Shown: in pieces, positions 28,220 to 37,868 of the stretch | Layout of the letters: each line of letters begins with the position of its first letter | Numbering within the stretch: position 1 is the stretch's first letter | Assembly: GCA_017447805.1 (NCBI GenBank) | Contig: JAFSMR010000046.1 | Coordinates: 14,072 to 78,071 of the forward strand | Direction of reading: 5' to 3' | DNA from: Kiritimatiellia bacterium | Lineage (GTDB): Bacteria > Verrucomicrobiota > Kiritimatiellia > RFP12 > UBA1067 | DNA: 64,000 nucleotides | The notes under the pieces: model-generated | Told to the model about the DNA's origin: nothing | Database searches by the model: none | What the model saw: only the letters and a program-made list of their open reading frames with translations | Translations under genes and position numbers: made by a program

Positions 28220-28806
28220 TCTCTAACTGCCGGATTTAGATAAATAGGGAGAGGTTCTTCTATGAGCAGCTCTTCATTCGCGCAAAATGCCCTAGCGAGT
28301 TTTTCTGCAGTAACAAGCCCAGAATCGAAATACTTCTCGCCAAACTTTTCCTTCAGCGCCTCGCCGATTCTCGCAGTATCGGGAGTCGCGATGCGAAAGA
28401 AACCGGGAATATGATTTTCGACTTCGGCGAATTCGACTTGAAAAACATCTTTCAAAAGCTTAAAGCCGTCGAATAGCGCAATCCAGCATTTGCCGCGGCG
28501 CGCGTCGCCAACAACGGCAACCTTTTCACCCTCGCTCGCAAAACTGGCAGCGCTCGTGATACCAAAAACTTCACATCCGCTCCCGATCGCATATCCCTGC
28601 GCGAACGCTAGGGCACTGCGGATTCCGGCGAAGGACCCAGGGCCTGTGCCGACTACAATCCGGTCGATTTTTTCGGGGAACTTTAGTCCTCGCCCTTCGC
28701 TTTCTTCACGCCATATCCCAAGGCTTACCTCTTCTATCTTGCCCTCTTCCCCGAGGATTGCCGTTGACGTATTAGCTGTCGAGCGATCTATTACAAGCGT
28801 TTTCAT
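28216..28806 (-). CDS. tsaB: tRNA threonylcarbamoyladenosine biosynthesis protein TsaB
   Basis: LVIDRST, GTGPGSFAGIR, DARRG, PIYL. Confidence 0.88.
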   Translation of the reverse strand: MKTLVIDRSTANTSTAILGEEGKIEEVSLGIWREESEGRGLKFPEKIDRIVVGTGPGSFAGIRSALAFAQGYAIGSGCEVFGITSAASFASEGEKVAVVGDARRGKCWIALFDGFKLLKDVFQVEFAEVENHIPGFFRIATPDTARIGEALKEKFGEKYFDSGLVTAEKLARAFCANEELLIEEPLPIYLNPAVRD

Positions 28807-30425
28807 TTTGCATTCTCCCCAACATTGGCTTTGTTTGCCCTGTAAAACCTTTCATCTCCATAAGGGAACGCGCTAGGGACATAGTTGCCTACTGTCGGTT
28901 GCAGTAGCGAATAGGATTTCGGGAAGTGTGTGAAAATCCACGGGCAATCCTCGCGCAAAATCCGCTGGCAATTTTTCCAATGAAGAATCCTTTCCTCTTC
29001 CGAAGTCGCCTCCATCGCAAGTTCATATTCCGCGTCGTACAGCGGGTTGGAATAGCAAGAGTGATTGGAACCGGGGCTTGAATTTTTCGTGATAAAGAGT
29101 TGCAGAAAATTCTCGGCGTCAGGATAATCCCCTACCCACCCCATCATATACATCTGACATCGTCCATTGTTGACGGCATCAAGGAACGCTTCCCAAGTAT
29201 GGAATTTCAGCTCCAGCTTCACGCCGATTCTCGCGAAGAAGCTTGCCAAAAGTTCGCCCGCCTCTCGACTATCTTGCGTAGGGCGGCCGATAGATAACGA
29301 TAAAACGAGTCTCCTGCCGGTAGCAGGGTCTATTCCGCCGGGATATCCGGCCTCGTCCAAAAGCGCCTTTGCTCTTTCGATATCGAATGTATACGGCGGC
29401 GCTTCATCTAAATGGCCTGCCAAATCCACCGGCACCGGCCCGTCGGCGAAATCGATTCTGCCATTATAGAAATTCCTCCAAGCCTGAAAATCGAATGCAC
29501 AAGTCAACGCGCGGCGCAACGCTACATTATTGCCAAGGACGCTATCGCGCATATTGAACCCGATATACCTGATATCGAGCGATGGCGATACAGCCATACG
29601 AATTCCCTTCTCGGCAAGGCGCTTATCGAGATTTCCCTCTCCATCGACTACGGCATCCCAATTATCGCGCGATACTTCGCCGAGGAAATCGAGTTCCCCT
29701 TTCAAAAACATCAGCCACTGGGTCGGCGCTTCATCGATCGTAAGATAGTTGATTCTTTCAAACGGGCAATCATTGTTCTTCCATCCGCGCCAAGAATGGT
29801 TTCTCACAAACGACATTTCATGGTTCTTGCGCCATACGGCAAGCTTATAGGGTCCAGTTCCATTCCCATCCTTATCGAGAACCGCGGTATAAGCCATAGA
29901 AAGCATCCACGGGAAAACATGCGAGCGCTTCTTTAGCCGTATAACGAGAGTTCTTTCGTCTTGAAGCTTTATCGCATCGACATTTTCCATCGTCCAACCG
30001 CCGGGGCTGACTTCATTCGGGTCGCGAATTCTCTCGAGCGCGCGCTTTACGTCGCTCGCACCAAGCGGCGCATCTTCAACCATCTTGAGAGTATATTCAA
30101 GCCCGTCGGCGGATACTTGGGGTAACTCGCATAGTCCTGGGCCGAGTCTATATGGTCTGGCCCTGTAATCGACCGTAAGCGGCGTTTCGGCGTATAGCAA
30201 AACAGCCCTCGCCGCATAAACCGACTGCGCCTTGATGGGGTCTAGCGAGCTTACTCTTTCGAGAGGACGGGTAAAAGTTGCGCCGCCCGTATTGCCGTCC
30301 TCGCCATCTCTTCGAAGAAATAATAATTTCGCTCCGAAAATCCAAGCCGCCGCTGCAATAGCGCCGAGGATAAGCGCAATCGCAATATTTTTCTTCGTGA
30401 ATATATCCGCAAATCTTTTCATCAC
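28803..30425 (-). CDS. ABC transporter substrate-binding protein, family 5 (peptide)
   Basis: N-terminal anchor, SLDP, GTGPY, YIGFNM, WVGDYPDAENFL. Confidence 0.88.
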   Translation of the reverse strand: MMKRFADIFTKKNIAIALILGAIAAAAWIFGAKLLFLRRDGEDGNTGGATFTRPLERVSSLDPIKAQSVYAARAVLLYAETPLTVDYRARPYRLGPGLCELPQVSADGLEYTLKMVEDAPLGASDVKRALERIRDPNEVSPGGWTMENVDAIKLQDERTLVIRLKKRSHVFPWMLSMAYTAVLDKDGNGTGPYKLAVWRKNHEMSFVRNHSWRGWKNNDCPFERINYLTIDEAPTQWLMFLKGELDFLGEVSRDNWDAVVDGEGNLDKRLAEKGIRMAVSPSLDIRYIGFNMRDSVLGNNVALRRALTCAFDFQAWRNFYNGRIDFADGPVPVDLAGHLDEAPPYTFDIERAKALLDEAGYPGGIDPATGRRLVLSLSIGRPTQDSREAGELLASFFARIGVKLELKFHTWEAFLDAVNNGRCQMYMMGWVGDYPDAENFLQLFITKNSSPGSNHSCYSNPLYDAEYELAMEATSEEERILHWKNCQRILREDCPWIFTHFPKSYSLLQPTVGNYVPSAFPYGDERFYRANKANVGENAK

Positions 30426-30781
30426 TTCCGAATTTGGAGTATCACATCGAATTTTTTCGGCGCATCCGGCAATTCTTTAAGACGCTTTTTGATTTCAGCG
30501 AGCTTCCTGCGAAGAGAAAATAAAATCCCGGAACTCTTTACGTGCAAAATAAGTTTTCCATCCTCATAATACCCTGGGCGCGCCGGCAAATCGGGGAATA
30601 GCCGCGGCCATTCATCGGCGAGCGAATCGAAAAATGGATTCTTTTCTTTCAAGAGTTCACTCAGCGCCGCTTCGGCGGCAGAAGAAAACGAATTATGCCG
30701 ACCTCTCTTTTCGGCCTCTTTCGGATGCCAAATCTCGAGGCGCCGCCCGGATTCATCGACATACCTATCTTCTTCTTCCAT
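30422..30781 (-). CDS. DciA/DUF721-like protein
   Basis: LADEWPRLF..ARPGYYEDGKLILHVKS pattern; start reset to ATG 30781. Confidence 0.55.
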   Translation of the reverse strand: MEEEDRYVDESGRRLEIWHPKEAEKRGRHNSFSSAAEAALSELLKEKNPFFDSLADEWPRLFPDLPARPGYYEDGKLILHVKSSGILFSLRRKLAEIKKRLKELPDAPKKFDVILQIRK

Positions 30782-30822
30782 CCGCACTTCACCCTTCGCA
30801 CTCGGCCAGAAACATTCCGGAT

Positions 30823-31977
30823 TTATCGCGCAGAACTCGCGCCGGATGCCTTCATCTGAAGCCATGCTTCGATGAACGGCTGAATATGACCATCCATCAC
30901 GCCCTCGACATCGCTCGTCTCGCATTCCGTGCGCAAATCTTTGACCATCGTATACGGGCAAAACACATACGAGCGAATTTGCGACCCCCAGCCGTTTTCG
31001 CTCTTCGCGCCGTAAAAGCGATCCATCTCGGCGCGCTTCTGGTCTTCATAATATTCATAGAGTTGTGCACGCAACATATTCATCGCTTTTTCTTTGTTCA
31101 TGTGTTGCGAGCGCTCCTTTTGGCATGCGACTACTATGCCAGTCGGCAAGTGGGTCAAGCGGACCGCGGAATCGGTCTTGTTTACATGCTGACCGCCTGC
31201 GCCGCCCGAGCGGTAGGTATCGATTCTCAAATCTTCATCTTTGATTTCGACATCGATATCATCATTGATTTCCGCGACAGTTTCGACCGATGCGAACGAA
31301 GTCTGGCGCCGCTTGTTGGCATCGAACGGAGAAATTCTGACCAATCTATGAATTCCTCTTTCCGCCTTCAGCATGCCGAAAGCATAAGGACCTTCCACCC
31401 TGAAATAGACATCTTTCAACCCGGCTTCTTCGCCAGGCTGCTGGTCGTATTCTTCGACCTTCCAGCCCTGATCTTCGGCGTAGCGCTGATACATTCTGTA
31501 TAGCATCTGCACCCAGTCGCAGGCTTCGGTGCCGCCCTGCCCCGCGTGCAGTTTCACGAATACATTGCACTGGTCGAATTTGCCGCCGAGGAGCGATTGC
31601 AGCCTCAAGCGAGCGAAATATTCATCTGCCTTCTTGCACTCGCCGATTGTATCGGCAAGCGCCGTCTGCTGGGCGTGGCCTTCTTCCATTTCCGCAAGTT
31701 CCAGCATTACTTTCGCGTCATCTACAGATTTCAGCAGCGCATCGTACGGGTTTACATACGCTCTCTCCGCGTTAGTCGCGGCGATTACTTCACGCGCCTT
31801 CGATTGATTGCTCCAAAAATCTCCGCTCGCTTGCTGTTCTTCCAACTCGGCGAGCTTTTTTCTTCTGTCGTCGATCTTTATATAGTCGGCCATTTCGCCG
31901 ACTCTTCTTTCCAAGTCTTCTATTCCTTGGCGGACTTCTTCGACTTCCAGAAGTTTTTCTTTCTTTTCTTCTGCCAT
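30823..31977 (-). CDS. prfB: Peptide chain release factor 2 (uninterrupted frame)
   Basis: GGTEACDW, HRLVRISPFD, GAGGQHVN, GWGSQIRSY. Confidence 0.97.
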   Translation of the reverse strand: MAEEKKEKLLEVEEVRQGIEDLERRVGEMADYIKIDDRRKKLAELEEQQASGDFWSNQSKAREVIAATNAERAYVNPYDALLKSVDDAKVMLELAEMEEGHAQQTALADTIGECKKADEYFARLRLQSLLGGKFDQCNVFVKLHAGQGGTEACDWVQMLYRMYQRYAEDQGWKVEEYDQQPGEEAGLKDVYFRVEGPYAFGMLKAERGIHRLVRISPFDANKRRQTSFASVETVAEINDDIDVEIKDEDLRIDTYRSGGAGGQHVNKTDSAVRLTHLPTGIVVACQKERSQHMNKEKAMNMLRAQLYEYYEDQKRAEMDRFYGAKSENGWGSQIRSYVFCPYTMVKDLRTECETSDVEGVMDGHIQPFIEAWLQMKASGASSAR

Positions 31978-31992
31978 ATATATTATCTTTTC

Positions 31993-32769
31993 TTAACCGG
32001 GGAACGCCCCGCTTTTCACTTCTGCGACATACGCTCTAAAGGCGTTTCTTACGATTCCGGCAAGCTCGGCGTATTTCTTCACGAATTTCGGCGGATTTTC
32101 ATTCAGTCCCAATAAATCGTGCATCACGAGCCACTGCGCATCGCATACGCCGCCTGCGCCGATTCCGATCGTCGGAATCTTCAAATCTGCCGTTATATGC
32201 GCAGCCAGCTCTGCCGGCACGCATTCCAGCGTTACCGCGAATGCGCCTGCTTCCGCGACGCGCCGCGCATCGCGTATTACCGCCTGCGCTTCTTCGCGCG
32301 TCTTGCCTTGACGCTTGAAGCCGCCGTATGCATTTACGCATTGCGGCATCATGCCTACATGCGCTAGGACGGGTATCCCAGCCTCGGTCATCCGCTTTAT
32401 TAGCGAAATCACCCTATCGCTCGCGCCTTCCAGCTTTACAGCGTCCGCCCCAGCCTTCAAACAAGCGACTGCGTTTTTCATCGCATCGTCTTCGCCGCAT
32501 TGATATGAACCAAACGGCAAATCGCCGACTACTAGCGCTTCCTTCACGCTTCTCGAGACGGCAGCGACCGCGCTTAAAGTTTGCTCCATCATTACTGGCA
32601 GAGTCGTCTCGTAGCCGAGAACTGTCATGCCCATAGAATCGCCGACAAGGATAATCGGAACGCCCGCTTCATCCGCAAGGCGCGCGAAACATGCATCGTA
32701 AGCCGTGCAACAGCCGAGCTTCTCTACTCCCTTTGAGGCCCTGATGGCCGCGACATTCCACTTCTTCAT
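31993..32769 (-). CDS. panB: 3-methyl-2-oxobutanoate hydroxymethyltransferase
   Basis: TAYD, LVGDSMG, DLPFGSY, VKLEG, LECVP, IGIGAG, HDLLG. Confidence 0.96.
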   Translation of the reverse strand: MKKWNVAAIRASKGVEKLGCCTAYDACFARLADEAGVPIILVGDSMGMTVLGYETTLPVMMEQTLSAVAAVSRSVKEALVVGDLPFGSYQCGEDDAMKNAVACLKAGADAVKLEGASDRVISLIKRMTEAGIPVLAHVGMMPQCVNAYGGFKRQGKTREEAQAVIRDARRVAEAGAFAVTLECVPAELAAHITADLKIPTIGIGAGGVCDAQWLVMHDLLGLNENPPKFVKKYAELAGIVRNAFRAYVAEVKSGAFPG

Positions 32770-33926
32770 TAATGTATGTTTCCTCTTGATGGATGAGACT
32801 TCTCTTTTGGTTTTTCGAGCTTCAGGAATGTCGCGAACCTGAGGGCGTCTTCGGGTATTTCATCGCCCGTTGTATCCGGCATATCTTTCAAATCAGGCGC
32901 CTCGACGTGAGTATGGTGAAACTTCAGCTTCGGCTCTACGATTTTCCTGAGCTCGGTCTTGAATTCTTCGAGCCCGGATTTTTCCGCGCACGAAACTTGA
33001 ATCGGGGAAACTTGAGTCTCTTCGATAAAGCGCTCCAAATTTTCTTTCGCTTGGCCAGAATCCATCTTGTTTGCGACAACCAAAAAAGGCCGCTCCGCGA
33101 GCTCTATCGAATATTCCTCGATTTCCTTTTTGAGGATTTTATAATCTTCCCACGGCTTGCGGTTGTCGGTCCCGGCCATATCGATTACATAAACGAGAAC
33201 TTTCGAGCGCTCGAGATGTTTCAAGAACGCTAGGCCCAATCCAACCCCTTTTGCCGCACCTTCGATAATCCCCGGCACATCGGCCATTCTCGCCTTCGCC
33301 CAATCGTTCCAAACGATTGTGCCGACTACCGGGTTAAGCGTAGTAAAGGGATAGCTTGCGATTTTCGGCTTCGCCGAAGACAATACCGAAAGCAACGAAC
33401 TTTTGCCGGCGTTAGGGAACCCGAGAAGCCCCGCATCAGCAATCGTCTTCAGCTCCAGCCTAAGGCGCTTCTCTTCCGCCGCCCCGCCGCATGTATGTTC
33501 CGTCGGCGCCTGATTTACGCTCGATTTGAAATGGACGTTTCCATATCCGCCCGCGCCGCCCTTGGCGACAATTACGCTTTGCCCCGCCTCGGTTATATCT
33601 GCGATAAGAAGACCAGAATCGACCTCATAGACCTCGGTACCCTGCGGAACATTTACGATTAAATCTTTGCCCCTCTTGCCGAACATCTTCTGTCCTTGCC
33701 CGGGGCCGCCATCTTGCGCAAAGCATTTTGGATCGTAATATAGCGACAGGAGAGAATTTACATGTTCGCTTGCACGAAATACGACATCGCCGCCTCTGCC
33801 GCCATCGCCGCCATCGGGGCCGCCGAATTCGACCAAAGCTTCACGACGGAATGATGTAGCGCCATCCCCGCCTTTGCCGCTCCTGACGATTACCTCGACC
33901 TGATCTATGAATGTTTTAGCCTTCAT
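32769..33926 (-). CDS. obgE: GTPase ObgE
   Basis: GGPDGGDGGRGG, GFPNAGKSS, YPFTTL, DVPG, NKMD. Confidence 0.97.
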   Translation of the reverse strand: MKAKTFIDQVEVIVRSGKGGDGATSFRREALVEFGGPDGGDGGRGGDVVFRASEHVNSLLSLYYDPKCFAQDGGPGQGQKMFGKRGKDLIVNVPQGTEVYEVDSGLLIADITEAGQSVIVAKGGAGGYGNVHFKSSVNQAPTEHTCGGAAEEKRLRLELKTIADAGLLGFPNAGKSSLLSVLSSAKPKIASYPFTTLNPVVGTIVWNDWAKARMADVPGIIEGAAKGVGLGLAFLKHLERSKVLVYVIDMAGTDNRKPWEDYKILKKEIEEYSIELAERPFLVVANKMDSGQAKENLERFIEETQVSPIQVSCAEKSGLEEFKTELRKIVEPKLKFHHTHVEAPDLKDMPDTTGDEIPEDALRFATFLKLEKPKEKSHPSRGNIH

Positions 33927-33932
33927 CGCCGT

Positions 33933-33963
33933 ATATTATACCAAATTCCGCGCCCCGGCGCAA
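33933..33963 (-). promoter_or_regulatory. obgE promoter; copy 1 of a 31-bp repeated promoter
   Basis: TTGCGC, 17 nt, TGG-TATAAT, 8 nt before the ATG. Confidence 0.75.
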
Positions 33964-33984
33964 GGGCGCGGCGCGCCGCCTCGG

Positions 33985-35337
33985 CTAGCCGCGCGGCGCC
34001 GCCGCCGCTAGCTCTTCGTCGGTGGGAATATAATCGCTCATCTTGCCATCGTTGAACGCCTGATATGCCGTCATATCAAAGTAGCCCGTTCCCGTCAGAC
34101 CGAATACGATATTTTCTTCACGCCCCGTTTCTTTGCAACGCTTCGCTTCGTCTATTGCCGCCCTGATTGCATGCGATGATTCCGGCGCCGGCAAAATACC
34201 TTCCGTGCGCGCGAAAAATTGCGCAGCTTCAAAAACGTCTGTCTGACGAACACTCCTAGCTTCGATTACGCCCTGGTCGTAGAGTTCGGAAATAATCGAA
34301 CTCATGCCATGATAGCGCAGCCCCCCTGCGTGGCTCGCCGATGGAATGAAATCGCATCCTAGCGTATACATCTTCTGGAGTGGACATACCTTGCCCGTAT
34401 CGCAGAAGTCGTATGCATATTTCCCGCGCGTGAGTGAAGGACAAGATGCCGGTTCTACCGCGATAAAGCGATAATCCGCTTCGCCGCGAAGCTTCTCGCC
34501 GACGAACGGCGCAATAAGTCCGCCAAGGTTGGAGCCGCCGCCCGCACATCCGATTATTACATCCGCCTTGACGCCGAGATTGCGTAGCGCCTTTTGGGTC
34601 TCAAGCCCGATTATCGATTGGTGCAATAAAACCTGTGCAAGAACAGAACCTAATACATACCTGTAGCCTTCATGGGTTATCGCCGTTTCCACCGCCTCGG
34701 AAATCGCGCAACCAAGCGAACCGGTCGTGCCAGGGTGCTCGGCGTTGATTTTGCGCCCGACTTCGGTTTCCATCGAAGGCGATGGCGTTACGCTTGCGCC
34801 ATACGTCCTCATTACTTCACGACGAAACGGCTTTTGTTCGTATGAACATTTTACCATGAACACCTTGCAATCCAGCCCGAAAAAGGCGCAAGCCATCGAA
34901 AGCGCCGTGCCCCACTGCCCGGCGCCGGTTTCCGTAGTGACGCCCTTCAAGCCTTCAAGCTTTGCGTAATAAGCTTGCGCAATGGCGGAATTCAGCTTAT
35001 GCGAACCGGATGTATTGTTGCCCTCGAATTTATAATAGATGTGCGCCGGCGTGCCAAGCGCACGCTCAAGGAAATATGCGCGAACCAGCGGGGAGGGACG
35101 GAACATCCTATAGAAATCGGCTACAGGGCCTGGTATTTCGAACCAAGGCAAAGTTTCATCTAATTCCTGCTTCACAAGCTCCGAGCAAAACACTTTCTCC
35201 AGCTCCTCGGCCGTCACGCTTTGGCGTGTCGCCGGATTCAATAGCGGCGCCGGCTTTTTCTTCATGTCCGCACGCACATTATACCAAGCCGCAGGCATAT
35301 CCTCGGCAGGCAGATAATATTTATAGGGAATTTCCAT
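33985..35337 (-). CDS. trpB2: TrpB-like PLP enzyme (TrpB2)
   Basis: SGSHKLN, TETGAGQWG, GSLGCAISEA, GCAGGGSN, HAGGLRYHG, PAPESSH. Confidence 0.92.
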   Translation of the reverse strand: MEIPYKYYLPAEDMPAAWYNVRADMKKKPAPLLNPATRQSVTAEELEKVFCSELVKQELDETLPWFEIPGPVADFYRMFRPSPLVRAYFLERALGTPAHIYYKFEGNNTSGSHKLNSAIAQAYYAKLEGLKGVTTETGAGQWGTALSMACAFFGLDCKVFMVKCSYEQKPFRREVMRTYGASVTPSPSMETEVGRKINAEHPGTTGSLGCAISEAVETAITHEGYRYVLGSVLAQVLLHQSIIGLETQKALRNLGVKADVIIGCAGGGSNLGGLIAPFVGEKLRGEADYRFIAVEPASCPSLTRGKYAYDFCDTGKVCPLQKMYTLGCDFIPSASHAGGLRYHGMSSIISELYDQGVIEARSVRQTDVFEAAQFFARTEGILPAPESSHAIRAAIDEAKRCKETGREENIVFGLTGTGYFDMTAYQAFNDGKMSDYIPTDEELAAAAPRG

Positions 35338-35373
35338 GTCTTTGTCTATTCTTGATTCTTATTTAAGCAGATT

Positions 35374-35913
35374 TCACAAAACTCTATAGCGATCAGGACG
35401 GATTTCGTAAGCCGCCGGCGCCTCGCCTTCGGCATATCCTAGCGCGAGGTGGCCAACGCCTTCCCATTCACCCTCAAGCCCTAGGCGCTTGAGGATTTTT
35501 TCGCCAAGCGCCCCTTCCATTTCTTCCTTGGCGCGATGAATCCAGCAGCTCGCAAGCCCCAGCTCATGCGCTTTCAGCATCATATAGCCCAAGGCAAGCG
35601 ACCCATCATAGACTGCAGTCGGGCGGGATTTATCGGCAATCACGAGCAACATGACCGGCGCGGCGTAAAACGGGTCGTCACCGCGGTCGGGCGATGGCGG
35701 CTTGCCCATGATTTTAGCGTTCACGGCGGTAATTTCCGCCTTTAGCCCGGGCTCGTCGATACGAACAATGATAGTCGATTGCATCTTGCGACCCGTCGGC
35801 GCCAAAAGACCGGCCTTCACTACCGCATCGACCATTTCCAAAGACGGCATATCAGGTTTGAAGCGCCTGATGCTCCTGCGAGTTCTGACGATTCTATCGA
35901 ATTCCGACTCCAT
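35374..35913 (-). CDS. Nitroreductase family protein
   Basis: RRSIRRF, APTG, FYAAP, GLASCWI, ALGY; GGAGGA RBS; start reset to 35913. Confidence 0.9.
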   Translation of the reverse strand: MESEFDRIVRTRRSIRRFKPDMPSLEMVDAVVKAGLLAPTGRKMQSTIIVRIDEPGLKAEITAVNAKIMGKPPSPDRGDDPFYAAPVMLLVIADKSRPTAVYDGSLALGYMMLKAHELGLASCWIHRAKEEMEGALGEKILKRLGLEGEWEGVGHLALGYAEGEAPAAYEIRPDRYRVL

Positions 35914-35945
35914 TATTTCATCCTCCACGAACCACTTTTTGGCGC

Positions 35946-35976
35946 ATATTATACCAAATTCCTCGCCCCGGCGCAA
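35946..35976 (-). promoter_or_regulatory. Nitroreductase-trpB2 promoter; copy 2 of the 31-bp repeat
   Basis: 30/31 identical to 33933-33963. Confidence 0.75.
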
Positions 35977-36000
35977 TAGGGCGCGCCGCGGCTAAGCGGC

Positions 36001-36034
36001 AGTTGTAGTTGGTAGTTGTAGTCGTAGTTGTAGG
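36001..36034. repeat. Degenerate GTAGTT tandem repeat at the island edge
   Basis: GTAG at 36005, 36012, 36018, 36024, 36030. Confidence 0.75.
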
Positions 36035-36102
36035 ATGGAATTGTTTATTTTTTTATGATTAAGCAAACCCCATTCTATCCAAGTTCTGCATCCTTTTAAG
36101 TT

Positions 36103-36861
36103 TTACTGTTCCCAAAGGCATCCATCGATGGAGCGTATCGATACATAGTTGCCGTCGCCGAGGACGAGGTGGTCGAGGAAGCGGATTTCAGCAATTTTGG
36201 CAAGCTCGACAAGCCGCTCGGTGAACTTGATGTCGGCCTTACTGGGCGCGGGGTCGCCGGAAGGATGGTTGTGCGCGACCATGACTGCCACCGCGCCCCA
36301 CTTGAGCGCCTCTTTGAATACATCGCGGGCGAACGCCGGCGCGGAATCCGCCGTGCCGCGTGAAATGCGCAGCGGCTCGCAGATGGGACAATTCTTGTTG
36401 TTCAAAAGTAGCGCGTAGAGATTCTCCTTGTCGTCGCCGGGCGTGAGGACGGTCTTGAAGATGCGATAGGCGGTTTCCGGATCGGTCACTTTGTGCGCCC
36501 TCAGTTCGTCTGGCGCAAGGCGGCTCCAGCGGCGCCCCATCTCGAACGCGGCGGCGAGTTCCAGGCATTTGACATGCCCGAGTCCTTTGATGGGGCGGTC
36601 TCGGTTGGTCTTGTTCCAGATCTTGATACGCTCCTCCAGAGCGCGCCAATCGGCGGAGACGAGCGACTTCATGGAACCGAACGCCTCGATTAGGCGGCGA
36701 GCAAGTTCAATGACATTCAGCCCGTGGGCACCCGTCTTGAGAAGAACGGCGACAAGAGCCTCGTCTGGGACGAGCGCAGGGTCTGCTGAGCGTTCCATCA
36801 GTTCACGCGGCATAAGTTCTCCACCACGCTTGTCAAAGTTGTTCTTGGCGTTGTCTATCAT
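36103..36861 (-). CDS. radC: RadC family protein (JAB domain)
   Basis: MPRE, LLKTG, LELAAAFEMGRR, VAHNHPSGDPAPSKAD, LDHLVLG; start reset to 36861 (ATGA overlap). Confidence 0.92.
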   Translation of the reverse strand: MIDNAKNNFDKRGGELMPRELMERSADPALVPDEALVAVLLKTGAHGLNVIELARRLIEAFGSMKSLVSADWRALEERIKIWNKTNRDRPIKGLGHVKCLELAAAFEMGRRWSRLAPDELRAHKVTDPETAYRIFKTVLTPGDDKENLYALLLNNKNCPICEPLRISRGTADSAPAFARDVFKEALKWGAVAVMVAHNHPSGDPAPSKADIKFTERLVELAKIAEIRFLDHLVLGDGNYVSIRSIDGCLWEQ

Positions 36862-37868
36862 TGCGGGGTCTCCTTTCGAGTGCCGGGGGTTGGGGGGCAT
36901 CCCCCGTCGTTCGCAGCCACCATCGCCGCGATACGCGCGTTCATGGCGAGGCAGCCGGGGCGCGTGATTTTAAAGGGCGCGATTTCGGCGCGGTCGAACG
37001 AGCTTAATATCAGCTGCCGATGCGCGGTAAGCCAGCGAGAATCTTCAACCGACGGATCGTAGCGTTCGGGCAGCCCGTATGGCACTGTCTTTATCCAGCG
37101 CGAGCGAGGCAACGCTTTCAGCCGCCGTTCAAATTCGCGCTCCCCGGGCGAAATGAAGCCGCACACCGGCGTCCAGCCTTGTTTGGCGCGCTCGATATGC
37201 GCGGCGATTTCGTCTTCGAGTTCGGCGATCGTTTTCTTCATTGTGAGACGCACAAGATAGAGGAATGGCGTGGCGAGGATTGTGATGTCGCCGATGGCTG
37301 ACCATGGAAGCGATGCATCGAGGATGGGATGGCGCAAATTGGCGCGGAAGCGGAACATATCGGGGTTGTCCAGTTTCCAGAAATACCGCGCCGGGTTCAT
37401 CTTGATGTAGCGGCGAATGGCGGCCAGTTGCCGCGAATCGAACGAGATGTCGATCCAGTAATCGCGCAACCAGGCGAACGAGCGACGGGTGGCTGCGCCC
37501 CCCGGCCCCCCTGCGGGGGCATTGGCGGGGGGTCGGGGGCGGCAGCCCCCGTCGCTCGCAACCCCGTCGTTCGCCGTTGCTTCCATGAATCGATGTGCGA
37601 AAACGAGCGGGTTGAAGCGGAACTCGCCAACGGAGTTTACGATGAGCAGCAGATGCACATGGTCAGGCATGATCACAAAATCGCTTGCCGTGAAGCGCGG
37701 CTCGATTTTATGAAGGCTTAGCCAGAATTCAACCACCCTCTCGCCTATCGGCAACAATTGAGGCCGCTTTTTGCCGCGCACCGGCCGCGAAAGCACAGGT
37801 TGCCGCCCCTCCACGACGAAGGTGAAGAAGAAAAACCGCCGCCCAGTGTGGATGAGGGGGAAGTTCAT
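36858..37868 (-). CDS. Y1/HUH transposase-like (IS200/RAYT-type) protein with extra C-terminal domain
   Basis: FFFT, FVIMPDHVHLLL (HUH), W..DY, IRRYIKMNP (catalytic Tyr); C-terminal ~150 aa with GFISPGERE; ATGA-coupled on both sides. Confidence 0.8.
   Translation of the reverse strand: MNFPLIHTGRRFFFFTFVVEGRQPVLSRPVRGKKRPQLLPIGERVVEFWLSLHKIEPRFTASDFVIMPDHVHLLLIVNSVGEFRFNPLVFAHRFMEATANDGVASDGGCRPRPPANAPAGGPGGAATRRSFAWLRDYWIDISFDSRQLAAIRRYIKMNPARYFWKLDNPDMFRFRANLRHPILDASLPWSAIGDITILATPFLYLVRLTMKKTIAELEDEIAAHIERAKQGWTPVCGFISPGEREFERRLKALPRSRWIKTVPYGLPERYDPSVEDSRWLTAHRQLILSSFDRAEIAPFKITRPGCLAMNARIAAMVAANDGGCPPTPGTRKETPQ
36903..36918. repeat. 16-bp direct repeat CCCGTCGTTCGCAGCC, downstream copy
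   Basis: Identical to 37878-37893; partial copies at 37546-37560 and 37562-37574. Confidence 0.8.

Noticed and set aside
30634-31503. 289-aa plus-strand ORF
   Set aside because: Antisense shadow of prfB.
36858-37868. Canonical IS200/IS605 element with TnpB
   Set aside because: No RuvC or Zn-finger TnpB ORF, no non-coding element ends, and the gene is ATGA-coupled to both neighbours.
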